Part shown: in pieces, positions 40,354-49,884 of the stretch
How positions within the stretch are numbered: the first letter of the stretch is position 1
How the letters are laid out: the number at the start of each line of letters is the position of its first letter
Assembly (NCBI GenBank): GCA_048883405.1
Contig: JBHLQS010000003.1
Span: 1-59,527, forward strand
Length of the DNA stretch: 59,527 nt
Direction: 5' to 3'
Source of the DNA: Candidatus Thorarchaeota archaeon
Lineage (GTDB): Archaea; Asgardarchaeota; Thorarchaeia; Thorarchaeales; Thorarchaeaceae
The notes under the pieces: model-generated
Seen by the model: only the letters and a program-made list of their open reading frames with translations
What the model was told of the DNA's origin: nothing
The model's database searches: none
Position numbers and translations under genes: made by a program

Positions 40354-40402
40354 TCTGGGTGCTGTGTAGCAAATCTAAAAAGAGGAACCAATGAGGAGTC
40401 TT

Positions 40403-40480
40403 GGGGCCGTAGTCTAGCCTGGATAAGGCACCAGCCTCCGGAGTTGGTTATCCCCGGTTCAAATCCGGGCGGTCCCGCCA
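40403..40480 (+). tRNA. tRNA-Arg(CCG), intronless, CCA encoded
   Basis: Acceptor GGGGCCG/CGGTCCC, anticodon arm CCAGC-ctCCGga-GTTGG, T loop TTCAAAT. Confidence 0.97.
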
Positions 40481-40558
40481 TTACTATTTCTTTGTTAAAA
40501 TCGATTGGAGTTTAAATGTCCCGTCGAGGCACACTTGTCTGACGCGAGGTCGCAATCA

Positions 40559-40762
40559 ATGAGCTTATTGAAGGGCGCACGTTCCCCCTCTGATAGAGTG
40601 GTTGAACGCTTCACTAGATATCTCAACGGTCCAATGGGCCGAACAGTTCTAGAAACTTTGGATGAGGGTGAGAGTTTCATCCTTCAGACTTCCCAGCGCA
40701 CATTCAGAGTAACAAAGAGGAGGGGTCGTGCAGTCATAGAGATTGTTCATTTCAATGTTTGA
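40559..40762 (+). CDS. Small hypothetical protein between the two tRNAs
   Basis: GAGGT upstream of ATG 40559; helix plus three beta-strand pattern. Confidence 0.6.
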   Translation: MSLLKGARSPSDRVVERFTRYLNGPMGRTVLETLDEGESFILQTSQRTFRVTKRRGRAVIEIVHFNV

Positions 40763-40815
40763 ATCCCAAGCCTCCAGCGAAGACTCTATAAGTTGAACAA
40801 GGCCCCTCGGTGAAC

Positions 40816-40893
40816 GGGGCCGTAGTCTAGCCTGGATAAGGCACCAGCCTGCGGAGTTGGTAATCCCCGGTTCGAATCCGGGCGGTCCCGCCA
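40816..40893 (+). tRNA. tRNA-Arg(GCG), intronless, CCA encoded
   Basis: Same cloverleaf, anticodon loop ctGCGga, T loop TTCGAAT, T-tract downstream. Confidence 0.97.
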
Positions 40894-41003
40894 TTAATTT
40901 TTCAAAAGATTCATCATCGGCGTGAAGCTTAAATGAGCGTGAAATTCGACAAATACACTAGTCTTGTTCTGAAAAGACAGTGATTGCAGTTGAGTTGCGT
41001 GTA

Positions 41004-42131
41004 ATGCAGTTCACCCCCCAGAGAATCGAACGAATCCATAGAGCCATGAAGAGCGAAGATGTAGAAGCTCTTGTAGTGACACGAAGGCAAGATGTTCGAT
41101 ATCTAACCGGCTATGAGAGTCCCACCAACACTCTGCCTACCGGATGCGTCATTAGAATGAATGAGCAGCCTCAGTTGGTGATGTCTAGCCTGCAACATGA
41201 GGCACTAGGCCAAAATTCCATAATGGCTCAAGTTCATCCCATAGATGACAAGCCCTTTGATGAGTGGGGTCTCTATCGAAGTGGTAAGTTCTGGGACTCG
41301 GTAGTCAAGATTCTCGAGGATTCCGGAGTCGAGAACGGTATGATAGGTCTGCAGCAAGAACGTCTCTCAGTAAAGGAGTTCGAATATCTCAAGACAAGGA
41401 TTCCGGGTGCTGGCTTCAAGGATTTATCATCCCTTCTCTGGAGGCTTAGACAGGTCAAAGATGATGCAGAGATTGAAGCAATTCGCAAGGCGGTCGAGGT
41501 AGCTGAGATTGGAATTCGTACAGCCCTCGAGATCATCGCACCGGGTAAGACAGAGGCTGACGCATCAATTGAGATTGAGGCTGCAATGAGGGCTGCTGGC
41601 GGTCAACTACGAGGCATCAGAGCTGCAGTGTTATCTGGAAACCGCGGAAGGTTTCCTTTCGCACAACCAACTGCCAACCGGATTGGGAAGGATGAACCAG
41701 TGGTTATTGATGTTACAGTTAGCGAATCAGGATACTTTGCTGAAGTTGCCAGAACATTGCATACTGGACTGCCAAATCAATCTCAACAAAAAGCGTACGA
41801 TGCAGTTTTGCGAGCCTGCAGAGCTGCCGAGGACAAAATGACAGCTGGAGCTGGAGTTTCAGATGTCTATGGACGAGTAGCCAAGAAAGTGGGGAGAAAG
41901 ACTCCCATTGGTAGCTTTCTGCAGCCTCTGGGGAACTCAATAGGTCTAGATCTTCAGGAGCCGCCTCTCATGGTTTCATTAAGTAAGGCATCGCTAAGGG
42001 AGGGAATGGTTCTCTCCCTGCATCCCACATATTATCACGAAGGAGTGGGAGCTGCGAAAATTGGCGATATGTATCTTATCACCTCTGATGGCTATGAGAA
42101 TCTATCAACCATTTCAAGAGAAACTATGTAG
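41004..42131 (+). CDS. M24/Xaa-Pro peptidase-fold protein, metal ligands largely lost
   Basis: Creatinase N domain (VRYLTGY), RQVKDDAEI, pita-bread domain with altered ligands. Confidence 0.85.
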   Translation: MQFTPQRIERIHRAMKSEDVEALVVTRRQDVRYLTGYESPTNTLPTGCVIRMNEQPQLVMSSLQHEALGQNSIMAQVHPIDDKPFDEWGLYRSGKFWDSVVKILEDSGVENGMIGLQQERLSVKEFEYLKTRIPGAGFKDLSSLLWRLRQVKDDAEIEAIRKAVEVAEIGIRTALEIIAPGKTEADASIEIEAAMRAAGGQLRGIRAAVLSGNRGRFPFAQPTANRIGKDEPVVIDVTVSESGYFAEVARTLHTGLPNQSQQKAYDAVLRACRAAEDKMTAGAGVSDVYGRVAKKVGRKTPIGSFLQPLGNSIGLDLQEPPLMVSLSKASLREGMVLSLHPTYYHEGVGAAKIGDMYLITSDGYENLSTISRETM

Positions 42132-42665
42132 TTATGGTGTGACTTGCCATCTCTTCAGCTTCTTGAAGACTTGTGAGATTGTTTCTGCTCTTTCGGACTG
42201 CTTTTCCACTTCTTCCCGAGAGAGTTCCCGTATCTGAGATGCTGGTACACCTGAATTCAGGCTTCTTGGAGGAATCACTATGTTTGCAGGAACAATACTC
42301 CCCGGTGCAAGTCTAATTCCCTCTCCTAGCGTTGCCCCATCGAAAATGACGCAGCCATCTCCCACATTTGCGCTATCTCCGATATATACGCCATGGATTA
42401 CAGAGGCGCTGCCAATAATACTGAGATTTCCGATAATTGCCGGGTTATCTTCAGTATGTGCATGAATAACAACACTGTCTTGAATACAAGTATTCGCTCC
42501 GATTCGCACTGAAGCTTGATCGCCTCTTATCACGGCTCCTGGCCATATACTGGCACCAGGACCAATCTCAACATCGCCAACTATTGTGGCTTGTTCACTG
42601 ACATATGCATCAGTGTCAATTTTCGGGTTTTTATCAGCAAATGGAAGAATAGGCAGCGTTTCCAC
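42132..42665 (-). CDS. Gamma-carbonic anhydrase-like hexapeptide protein
   Basis: IVGDVEIG..SIWPGAVIRGD, IQDSVVIH, GVPA..IREL; GTG 42665 preferred. Confidence 0.88.
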   Translation of the reverse strand: METLPILPFADKNPKIDTDAYVSEQATIVGDVEIGPGASIWPGAVIRGDQASVRIGANTCIQDSVVIHAHTEDNPAIIGNLSIIGSASVIHGVYIGDSANVGDGCVIFDGATLGEGIRLAPGSIVPANIVIPPRSLNSGVPASQIRELSREEVEKQSERAETISQVFKKLKRWQVTP

Positions 42666-42737
42666 CTCTCCAAACTGTACTCTTGATGGCTGTTGATTAG
42701 ACGAATATAAAACATCACATGACATTAGAGAATAGAT

Positions 42738-43127
42738 TCATTGAGGGATGATTTGCTGAATTACTGCTTCAAAATGCCAACCTGGCCTCTTGCCAATCAA
42801 TCGATTGGTCTTCTTCTTAAGGCGGCCACTCGGGTCATCAAATTCTACAGGCTCTCCATCAAGAAACACCAATATGCAAGGTAGACCAAGGATGTCATGC
42901 TTCGCACTGAACTCTGGAAACTCTTGGACATTTATCTGGATAAATGAAACGTCAGGATTGTCGCTATATCTTTCTGCAAGGCTATCTAATGTTGGCAACA
43001 GAGCGTTGCACGGTTTACACCATGGTGCCCAGCAGTCCACGAAGGTGAGCCGTGACTCAGTTATAGCATAATAAATGTCCTCTATATTGACATCGCGAAG
43101 CAACAATATCTCTCCAAGCGATGCCAT
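42738..43127 (-). CDS. Thioredoxin
   Basis: DCWAPWCKPC; cis-Pro loop GLP. Confidence 0.9.
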   Translation of the reverse strand: MASLGEILLLRDVNIEDIYYAITESRLTFVDCWAPWCKPCNALLPTLDSLAERYSDNPDVSFIQINVQEFPEFSAKHDILGLPCILVFLDGEPVEFDDPSGRLKKKTNRLIGKRPGWHFEAVIQQIIPQ

Positions 43128-43226
43128 CAGCTGATAATTTCCCTATGAATCTTACTGGAAATCATCTAATCGAAAACAGAACAAGCCCGGTAGACTTCGT
43201 TTTGGTCCAACCGGGAATGTAGATCT

Positions 43227-43583
43227 TTATGCTTCAGCAAGCAGCTCTTCCGCAATCTGCGTGTATACTTCAGGCGGCATGACCCCCACAAGCCTATCGA
43301 CTTTCCTGCCTCCGCCATCATCAAACACGACACGCTTGCCCTCACTGTAGACGAACACGCTTGGAACGCCTGTGACACGATTAGTCATGCTGAACTCTCT
43401 GTTCTGATCCACGTCCAGCTTGACAACCTTGAATCCTTTGCCCGAATACTTCTCATCTAGCTCTTCAAGAATTGGTGATAGTGTCCTGCAGGGACCGCAC
43501 CAGATTGCGTGGCAGTCTATAAACACGACCTTGTTATCACCCACAACCTTGTCAAGTTCGTCTTGAGTTATCTCTTCAACCAT
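43227..43583 (-). CDS. trxA: Thioredoxin
   Basis: WCGPC, KLDVD, GVPS; ATG 43583 preferred. Confidence 0.9.
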   Translation of the reverse strand: MVEEITQDELDKVVGDNKVVFIDCHAIWCGPCRTLSPILEELDEKYSGKGFKVVKLDVDQNREFSMTNRVTGVPSVFVYSEGKRVVFDDGGGRKVDRLVGVMPPEVYTQIAEELLAEA

Positions 43584-43724
43584 GTAACTGTCATCTCCCA
43601 CAAACGGAGCGATTGTGCGTTCGGTGTGAACAACCGGTTAAAAATCTTGTTGTGTGTCCAAAATCTCTTCCCCTGCCAAACTTTGATAAGTTCAGCTAAG
43701 GAGGTCGCAGGAACGGTGGTCATT

Positions 43725-46373
43725 GTGCCTGTACTTCACTGTCCAAAATGTGGCTCAAAGCTCTATATCAAGAAAGGCGGCCACATATGGACTGTGAGAT
43801 GTTCTACATGTCAGGTGGAAATTCTGGAGGATGGTCAGAGAAAGGATCTCTTTGATGCTTATGATGCCTATTCTAAAGCCCTGAAGGATGGGACAATCCA
43901 ACCAGCCTCTAGAACCAAGTCGAGAACGCGGTCTAGAGCCTCTTCTACAACAGACACGTCTTCAGGTTTGACTAGGCCCAGACGCACAAGAGGAATGCGG
44001 GTTCAATCTGAAGAGGAAGTTACACGATTAGTGGAAGAGGGCGGAGGTCAACTGGATGTGATGGCAGATTCTATCCAATCAGTTCTTGGTGCCGGTCAAG
44101 ATTATCTAGTGAAGTACCAGTTCATGCCGTCCACTGAAGCCGAGTATGGCCGAAACCTTGAAGCCGCAAAGATACCAACAAGATTGAGAGAGCTACTGGC
44201 CAAGAAGGGAATAACGCAGCTGTACAGATTTCAGGATGAAGCCTACGAAGCCATCTTTGCCGGAGAGGATGTTGTCATTGCAGCGCCAACAGCCCAGGGC
44301 AAGACAGAGGCATTCATTCTGCCTATTATTCGGAAACTGCTGATAACGATTAAGGACTCTTTCATGGACAGAGGGGTCAGAGCGCTGCTAATCTATCCCA
44401 CCAAGGCTTTAGCTCGTGACCAGTATGACAAGATAGTCGAGATGTGCAAGGCATCCGGAGTTACCGTGGGTATCTTTGACGGTGATGTGTCCCAGAGCAA
44501 AAGATCCAAGCTCTACTCAGCTCCCCCTGATATCCTTCTCACAAATCCTGATGTTCTTCACTATCATCTTGGATGGGCTGGCTCACATTTGGTCCCATTA
44601 CTGCACACAGTAAAATATGTGGTCTTGGACGAGATTCACCTATACACAGGATCTATGGGAGCCAATGTCTACTACATCCTTAAGCGCCTTGAGCTTGAAG
44701 CTGGTGAGTTCCAGAAGATTGGAGCCTCTGCTACAATCTCAAACCCTGGGGAGTTCGCTGACCAGCTATTCGATAGCGAAGTCCGACTAATCGAGTCTGT
44801 GAGCGCAAAGCGCGGCCCAATTCACTTCACAATGTTCTACCCAGGCAATCGCAGCAAATACAGTATGATTGTGGACATCGTGAGAAGGCTGCAAGAAGGC
44901 GGCTTCAAGACTCTTGTATTCGGGAACACTCACTCGGAGGCAGAAGTCCTAAACATGCTTATCAGAGATGTTGGAGTGCGTTCCATGGTCCATAGAGCAG
45001 GCCTCACGAAGAAGTACCGCAGCCAAGTGGAATCTCAGTTCAAGTCAGGTGACCTACATTGCTTGGTTTCAACACCAACACTCGAGCTAGGGATAGACAT
45101 TGGAGACCTAGATAGTGTCGTGAGTATGATAGTGTCAATAACACGTCTGACTCAAAGGATTGGGCGCGCCGGCAGAAAGGGACAAGAGAGTGTAGCAGTC
45201 CTTGCCCTTAGGGAGAATGATCCGATCTCATCCTTCTACCGGCATGAACCTGAGAAATACTTCACAGATATTGATGCTGCCTATATGGAGCCTGAGAATG
45301 AAGTGGTTGGCTTTTACCAACTCATCGCTGCTGCTATGAGCGGCAAGCTGAATCTCTCGATGTTCCCCAGCCAGAGGAAAATCTTTGACACTTTGGCAGC
45401 GGAAGGTCTCGTGAGAATTGAGGATGGCGGCAATGTTCGAATTGCTGATTTTGAGTCCGCGCAGAAGAAATGGAGAGGCTATAGCATTCGAGGCATCGGT
45501 GATACCGTCCAGATTAAGTCCGATAAGAAGGCTCTGGGTGAGAGGTCAATGCCGATGGCTGCCCAGGAATTACATCCCGGCGCAATATATCTGCACGGCG
45601 GTCGCAACTACATGTCAGTGGATTTCAAGCATACTCCAGGATTTGGAAGAGCCACTGTTGTCCCCTTTGCAGACCGAAGCGTCCACACAAAGCCGCTCTA
45701 CTCAACAATGCCCAAGATTCTGGAACTTGTAGAAGCCAAGAAAATTCTTGGAATGAGCGTCATCTACTGCAAACTCGAGATGACTCAAACGGTCTATGGA
45801 TATGTGAGAAAGGAAACCCGGTCCGGAAAGGTTGTTGGAAGATCCGATCTTGCCACTCCACTCATCTACAACTACACAACCAGAGGATTTGCGTTCGGGG
45901 CGCCTGAACCTGTGAAGATGGTCAATGAGTATCTCGAGGGTAAACTCCCCGGTGCGAAAGGAATAAGGATGGGTCCTGCCGAACTCTATGGCGGATCTTT
46001 CCATGCGCTAGAACATGTGGTGATTGAGTCTAGCGACATGCTCACAGGAGGAAGCACAAGAGAGATTGGCGGCGTATCCATGGGGGACTCTGGTATCATA
46101 TTCGTCTATGATGGAAGTCCAGGAGGAAATGGCGCATCAAAGCTCCTATTCAGTCGGCTAAATGAAGCATTCGAACGTACCAAGACAATACTTGAGAAAT
46201 GTGACTGCAAGACAATTGATGGATGTCCTCTCTGCACCTACTCCTATCAGTGTGGAAATAACAACCGACCCCTCTTTAAGCTCGGCGCCTTGGAGAGTGT
46301 GAACCTCATTCTTGGAAATGCCAAGACAGAAGTCGACACAGAGGGTTATGCGGGATATGAACCACTAGTATAG
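43725..46373 (+). CDS. SF2 DExH helicase with DUF1998 (Hrq1/YprA type) and N-terminal zinc ribbon
   Basis: APTAQGKT, YPTKALARDQ, DEIH, SAT, TLELGIDIG, QRIGRAGR, HALEH, CDC..GCPLC..QC. Confidence 0.92.
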   Translation: MPVLHCPKCGSKLYIKKGGHIWTVRCSTCQVEILEDGQRKDLFDAYDAYSKALKDGTIQPASRTKSRTRSRASSTTDTSSGLTRPRRTRGMRVQSEEEVTRLVEEGGGQLDVMADSIQSVLGAGQDYLVKYQFMPSTEAEYGRNLEAAKIPTRLRELLAKKGITQLYRFQDEAYEAIFAGEDVVIAAPTAQGKTEAFILPIIRKLLITIKDSFMDRGVRALLIYPTKALARDQYDKIVEMCKASGVTVGIFDGDVSQSKRSKLYSAPPDILLTNPDVLHYHLGWAGSHLVPLLHTVKYVVLDEIHLYTGSMGANVYYILKRLELEAGEFQKIGASATISNPGEFADQLFDSEVRLIESVSAKRGPIHFTMFYPGNRSKYSMIVDIVRRLQEGGFKTLVFGNTHSEAEVLNMLIRDVGVRSMVHRAGLTKKYRSQVESQFKSGDLHCLVSTPTLELGIDIGDLDSVVSMIVSITRLTQRIGRAGRKGQESVAVLALRENDPISSFYRHEPEKYFTDIDAAYMEPENEVVGFYQLIAAAMSGKLNLSMFPSQRKIFDTLAAEGLVRIEDGGNVRIADFESAQKKWRGYSIRGIGDTVQIKSDKKALGERSMPMAAQELHPGAIYLHGGRNYMSVDFKHTPGFGRATVVPFADRSVHTKPLYSTMPKILELVEAKKILGMSVIYCKLEMTQTVYGYVRKETRSGKVVGRSDLATPLIYNYTTRGFAFGAPEPVKMVNEYLEGKLPGAKGIRMGPAELYGGSFHALEHVVIESSDMLTGGSTREIGGVSMGDSGIIFVYDGSPGGNGASKLLFSRLNEAFERTKTILEKCDCKTIDGCPLCTYSYQCGNNNRPLFKLGALESVNLILGNAKTEVDTEGYAGYEPLV

Positions 46374-46381
46374 AAAGCGAG

Positions 46382-48331
46382 GTGAATGAAATGCCTGAGT
46401 TCCTAATTGCCAGAGGCCATGACGGACCTGCTAGAGCTGGCAACTATGTCATGGGTGAGATTGCGATTAGCACACCTGCGCTCATTGGACCTGCCCACTC
46501 AGAGGCTCTTACACTAAGATATCGAACCTACGGCCGATCTGAACCTGTGAAAGACTCCCCTATGATTGTGTCAATTCCGGGTGTCAAGGACATTGAGATG
46601 GACAAACTACACGAATATGAATCAGTATTGCTTCCCTCGATGATAGCGGCGGAGGTCCTCGACTCAGATGCAGGAAAGTTGCTCATGCATCAACAGGAGT
46701 CTTTTCTTGAGAATCAACACATTACACCTTCATGTGCCATTGTACGTGTGCCAACATCGCTCGATATGGAGTTCTATCTGCAGAGCCTGCAGCAATTAGG
46801 TCATCTAGGGGTAAGAGCCGCAGCTTTCCGCTTCACAGGAAACTTGGGTCCAAATGCCCTCAAAATGCTCATTCTGCGCAGTCAGCTTCCTCGAAATTGG
46901 TTCACACTGGCAATTGGCCGAATTGAGCCCTGCTCAGTACCCTTGATGCATTACTTGGGATTTGATGTCATTGACACTAGTCGCGCTTTTGAAGCAGCGG
47001 CGCAAGGGATTCGACTGTGGCGCATGGATTCAGAGCGGGTGGGTGATGCTGATCGTGCAAGACACTGCGCGTGTGCTGCTTGCACTCATCATTCAGATAT
47101 AACGAGCCTAGACATCTCTTCGTTATTTGAAACTCTCACAAAGCACAATCTCTCCATATTTCAGATGCTGCTCTCCGAGAGCGTCCATGCAATGCGGTCA
47201 GGGCAATTGCGGTCGTTGGTTGAATCATTTACACATTCTTCCCCATCAATGGCCTCTATTCTCAGAAGAGTCGATGCAGAGTTGTATCCCTTCCTAGAGG
47301 AGTTCACTCCCACTGTAGGAAAATCTCCAATGCCTCTCATAGGACCTGAATCATATAATGCGCCAGCAATCAGGCGCTTTCGCGAGAAGGTGGCTTCTCG
47401 TTTCAAGCCTCCTGCTCATAAGAGGCTAGTCTTGCTCTTGCCCTGTTCTGCGAGAAAGCCGTACTCAGACTCAAAATCACACAAGCGATTTGCCAGAACA
47501 ATCGAAGCCGCAATCGGGCCTGCTAGGTTTCGAGTAGCCGAAACGATTCTGACATCACCCTTGGGAGTCATTCCTCGAGAGCTGGAACGAATCCATCCAG
47601 TGGCACACTATGACATCCCTGTGACCGGCGACTGGGATGCAGAGGAAACCGAGATTGCTGTGCAGGCTCTCATAACTCATATGAAGAAGTTCGATGAGTC
47701 AACGGTTATCATCGCGCACGTTTCTGGTGGCTATCTCGACATCGTGAAAAATGCCGAAGAAGGCCTCAAACAGACTCTAATCTATACTTCTTCTGATGCA
47801 AGAGCCACAAGTGGAACTTCACTCGACCTGCTTGATGAAACTCTGAGAGATATGAGTGAAATCGTTTTAAATGGTGAACATCGGCGAACGGATTTGGAAG
47901 ACACGCTTCGGGCCACTGCGGATTTTCAGTTTGGTTTGGGTGCAGGTGAGCTACTCATTCCAGAGGGTGCAGGTCTGAGGGGGAAGCTGTATAGAACTGT
48001 CATCTGTCAAATTGACAAGGAACAGGTATGCGCATACAATGCCTCTTCCGGAATGTTGTCCTTGACTCTTGCAGGCGCCCGAAAGATCGTAGATTCGCGA
48101 CAAGGCTGGGTTCGTTTTGAGGGCAAGGAGCTCAAAGGTGGATCGATTTTCTCAGTTGGAGTGAGAGAGGCCGACCCTGATATTCGCCCCGGCGATGAAG
48201 TCATTGTAATCGACAAGAGTGACAATGTGGTGGCAGTCGGGCGAAGTGAGATGTCTGGAAAAGAGATGTGCGCGTTTGAAAAGGGAAGGGCTGTGACAGT
48301 TCGTCATAAGTTGGGAGTGACAGAAAGATGA
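46382..48331 (+). CDS. arcS: Archaeosine synthase alpha subunit (lysine transferase)
   Basis: DGPARAG TGT-like N-terminus, PCSARKPYSDSKSH, TSPLGVIPRELE, YDIPVTGDW, PUA domain. Confidence 0.93.
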   Translation: MNEMPEFLIARGHDGPARAGNYVMGEIAISTPALIGPAHSEALTLRYRTYGRSEPVKDSPMIVSIPGVKDIEMDKLHEYESVLLPSMIAAEVLDSDAGKLLMHQQESFLENQHITPSCAIVRVPTSLDMEFYLQSLQQLGHLGVRAAAFRFTGNLGPNALKMLILRSQLPRNWFTLAIGRIEPCSVPLMHYLGFDVIDTSRAFEAAAQGIRLWRMDSERVGDADRARHCACAACTHHSDITSLDISSLFETLTKHNLSIFQMLLSESVHAMRSGQLRSLVESFTHSSPSMASILRRVDAELYPFLEEFTPTVGKSPMPLIGPESYNAPAIRRFREKVASRFKPPAHKRLVLLLPCSARKPYSDSKSHKRFARTIEAAIGPARFRVAETILTSPLGVIPRELERIHPVAHYDIPVTGDWDAEETEIAVQALITHMKKFDESTVIIAHVSGGYLDIVKNAEEGLKQTLIYTSSDARATSGTSLDLLDETLRDMSEIVLNGEHRRTDLEDTLRATADFQFGLGAGELLIPEGAGLRGKLYRTVICQIDKEQVCAYNASSGMLSLTLAGARKIVDSRQGWVRFEGKELKGGSIFSVGVREADPDIRPGDEVIVIDKSDNVVAVGRSEMSGKEMCAFEKGRAVTVRHKLGVTER

Positions 48332-49428
48332 GTAGTCTACCTGTAGGTCTCCAGGACATTATCAGAAAGGCCGCCTTGAGAGCTCGTGGCCGTTCTCTCT
48401 CGAGAATCAGAAAGAAATCCTTGGCAGAACCTGCCGCTAAATGGGTTTCCCGAAGCCGCATAGGCCGTGACGTGGGGCACGCCTTATCCGTTGTCTTGGC
48501 CACTCAAGGTTGTTCTCATGCTCGTGGTGACAGTGGTGGCTGCACCATGTGTAGCTACCTCCTGGATGGCGCCAGTAAGACGGTTTCTACTGAAGATTTA
48601 GTCCTGCAATTTCAGGATGCCATGGCATCGCTTGAGGGGCTTAGGGGCCCGATCTCAGTCAAGGTGTACACAAGTGGAAGCTTCTTGGATCCGGATGAAG
48701 TTCCACTTGAGGCGAGATCTAAGATTCTGAGGGCAATCGTGGAAGACGAGCGCATTCGTCAGATTGTTCTCGAGTCGCGGCCGGAATATGTGACTGACGA
48801 AGCCGCAGGCCTTGTTCGGAGAATTCTTGATGATAGAGAGATAGAGCTGGGCATTGGACTTGAGAGCGTGGATGATGGTGTAAGGTATCTCTGCATCAAT
48901 AAGGGCTTCTCACTGAGCGAGTTTGGAACTGCTCTAAATACAGCAGCAGTCCACGACATTGGCACGCGAGCATATGTACTCATCAAGCCACCTTTTCTTA
49001 CCGAACGTGATGCTTTGCTGGATTCAACTAGAACCATCATTGATGCAGCGAAAATGGGAGCGACAACTGTCTCAGTGAATCCTGTAAATGTCCAGAAGCA
49101 TACTCTCGTGGAACGGATGTGGTACAGAGGTGCATATAGACCTCCGTGGTTATGGACCGTCGCAGAGGTTCTCAGACAATCACGAGTTCAGGTGTCTTCC
49201 GAAATAAACATCGTCTGTGATCCTGTTGCTGCTGGAAAGCCCAGAGGCACCCATAATTGCGGCAGGTGTGACGAGGCACTTGTGAAATCTATTCGCCAAT
49301 TCTCATTGGACCAGAGCCCTGCACATTTTGAAGGACTTGACTGTGGGTGTAGGCATCAGTGGATGCACACTCTAGAACATGAGGACTTCGCACATTTTGT
49401 GCACTCCTCCACGACTCGTATACCTTAG
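48328..49428 (+). CDS. Archaeosine biosynthesis radical SAM protein RaSEA
   Basis: GC..GGCTMCSY, TSGSFLD, ESRPE, INKGF, KPPFLTE, YRPPWLW, HNCGRCD; overlaps arcS. Confidence 0.92.
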   Translation: MSSLPVGLQDIIRKAALRARGRSLSRIRKKSLAEPAAKWVSRSRIGRDVGHALSVVLATQGCSHARGDSGGCTMCSYLLDGASKTVSTEDLVLQFQDAMASLEGLRGPISVKVYTSGSFLDPDEVPLEARSKILRAIVEDERIRQIVLESRPEYVTDEAAGLVRRILDDREIELGIGLESVDDGVRYLCINKGFSLSEFGTALNTAAVHDIGTRAYVLIKPPFLTERDALLDSTRTIIDAAKMGATTVSVNPVNVQKHTLVERMWYRGAYRPPWLWTVAEVLRQSRVQVSSEINIVCDPVAAGKPRGTHNCGRCDEALVKSIRQFSLDQSPAHFEGLDCGCRHQWMHTLEHEDFAHFVHSSTTRIP

Positions 49429-49489
49429 AAAACCCTTAAGAGAAACATAGTTGCGGTTCGTTCCATTCTGAAGTGACGAGGTCGTATCG

Positions 49490-49831
49490 ATGTCTGAATA
49501 TGTGACTAAAGTTTCAGTCTGGTTCAATAGTGAAGGAGCATCCCCGAGCATTGTAATGCAGAAGATGCTTGAGTTGGGATTCATTCCTGTTCGCGGAGCT
49601 TACGATTTTGTTTATGAGCACGAGCAGAGTGACATGAGCGAGTCCGACCTCAGTGAGTCGATTCTCGAAATTGCAGATGCACTACACAAGGCACTATCTG
49701 GGTCTCGTGTCCTTTATACGCTCGACACGCTTCCAAAGGATGAAAGCGAATACATCCCGCTATCTGACATAGACGCGGAGCTAGACGCAACCCGGAAGGA
49801 GCTAGAAGAGATTGAAAAAGAGGTAGAGTGA
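49490..49831 (+). CDS. Hypothetical protein (small alpha/beta, acidic coiled tail)
   Basis: WFNSEGASPS..LGFIPVRGAYDFVY; GAGGT upstream. Confidence 0.75.
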   Translation: MSEYVTKVSVWFNSEGASPSIVMQKMLELGFIPVRGAYDFVYEHEQSDMSESDLSESILEIADALHKALSGSRVLYTLDTLPKDESEYIPLSDIDAELDATRKELEEIEKEVE

Positions 49832-49835
49832 CCTA

Positions 49836-49866
49836 CTAGGCAGGGGGCTCATGACCCCCGGCCTAG
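49836..49866. terminator. GC-rich hairpin between convergent genes
   Basis: CTAGGC-a-GGGGG-ctcatga-CCCCC-g-GCCTAG. Confidence 0.45.
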
Positions 49867-49884
49867 CGAGAGGGTTGGTGATTT

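Noticed and set aside
40403-40893. tRNA direct repeats as attL/attR of an integrated element
   Set aside because: Both are full-length tRNAs with different anticodons; no integrase
40146-40894. Two minus-strand ORFs beginning MAGPPGFEPGITNS
   Set aside because: Antisense translations of the two tRNA-Arg genes
43509-43724. Long N-terminal extensions in the ORF track (helicase, also 13129, 34636, 52542, 56074)
   Set aside because: Overlap neighbouring genes or promoters; family homology begins at downstream starts
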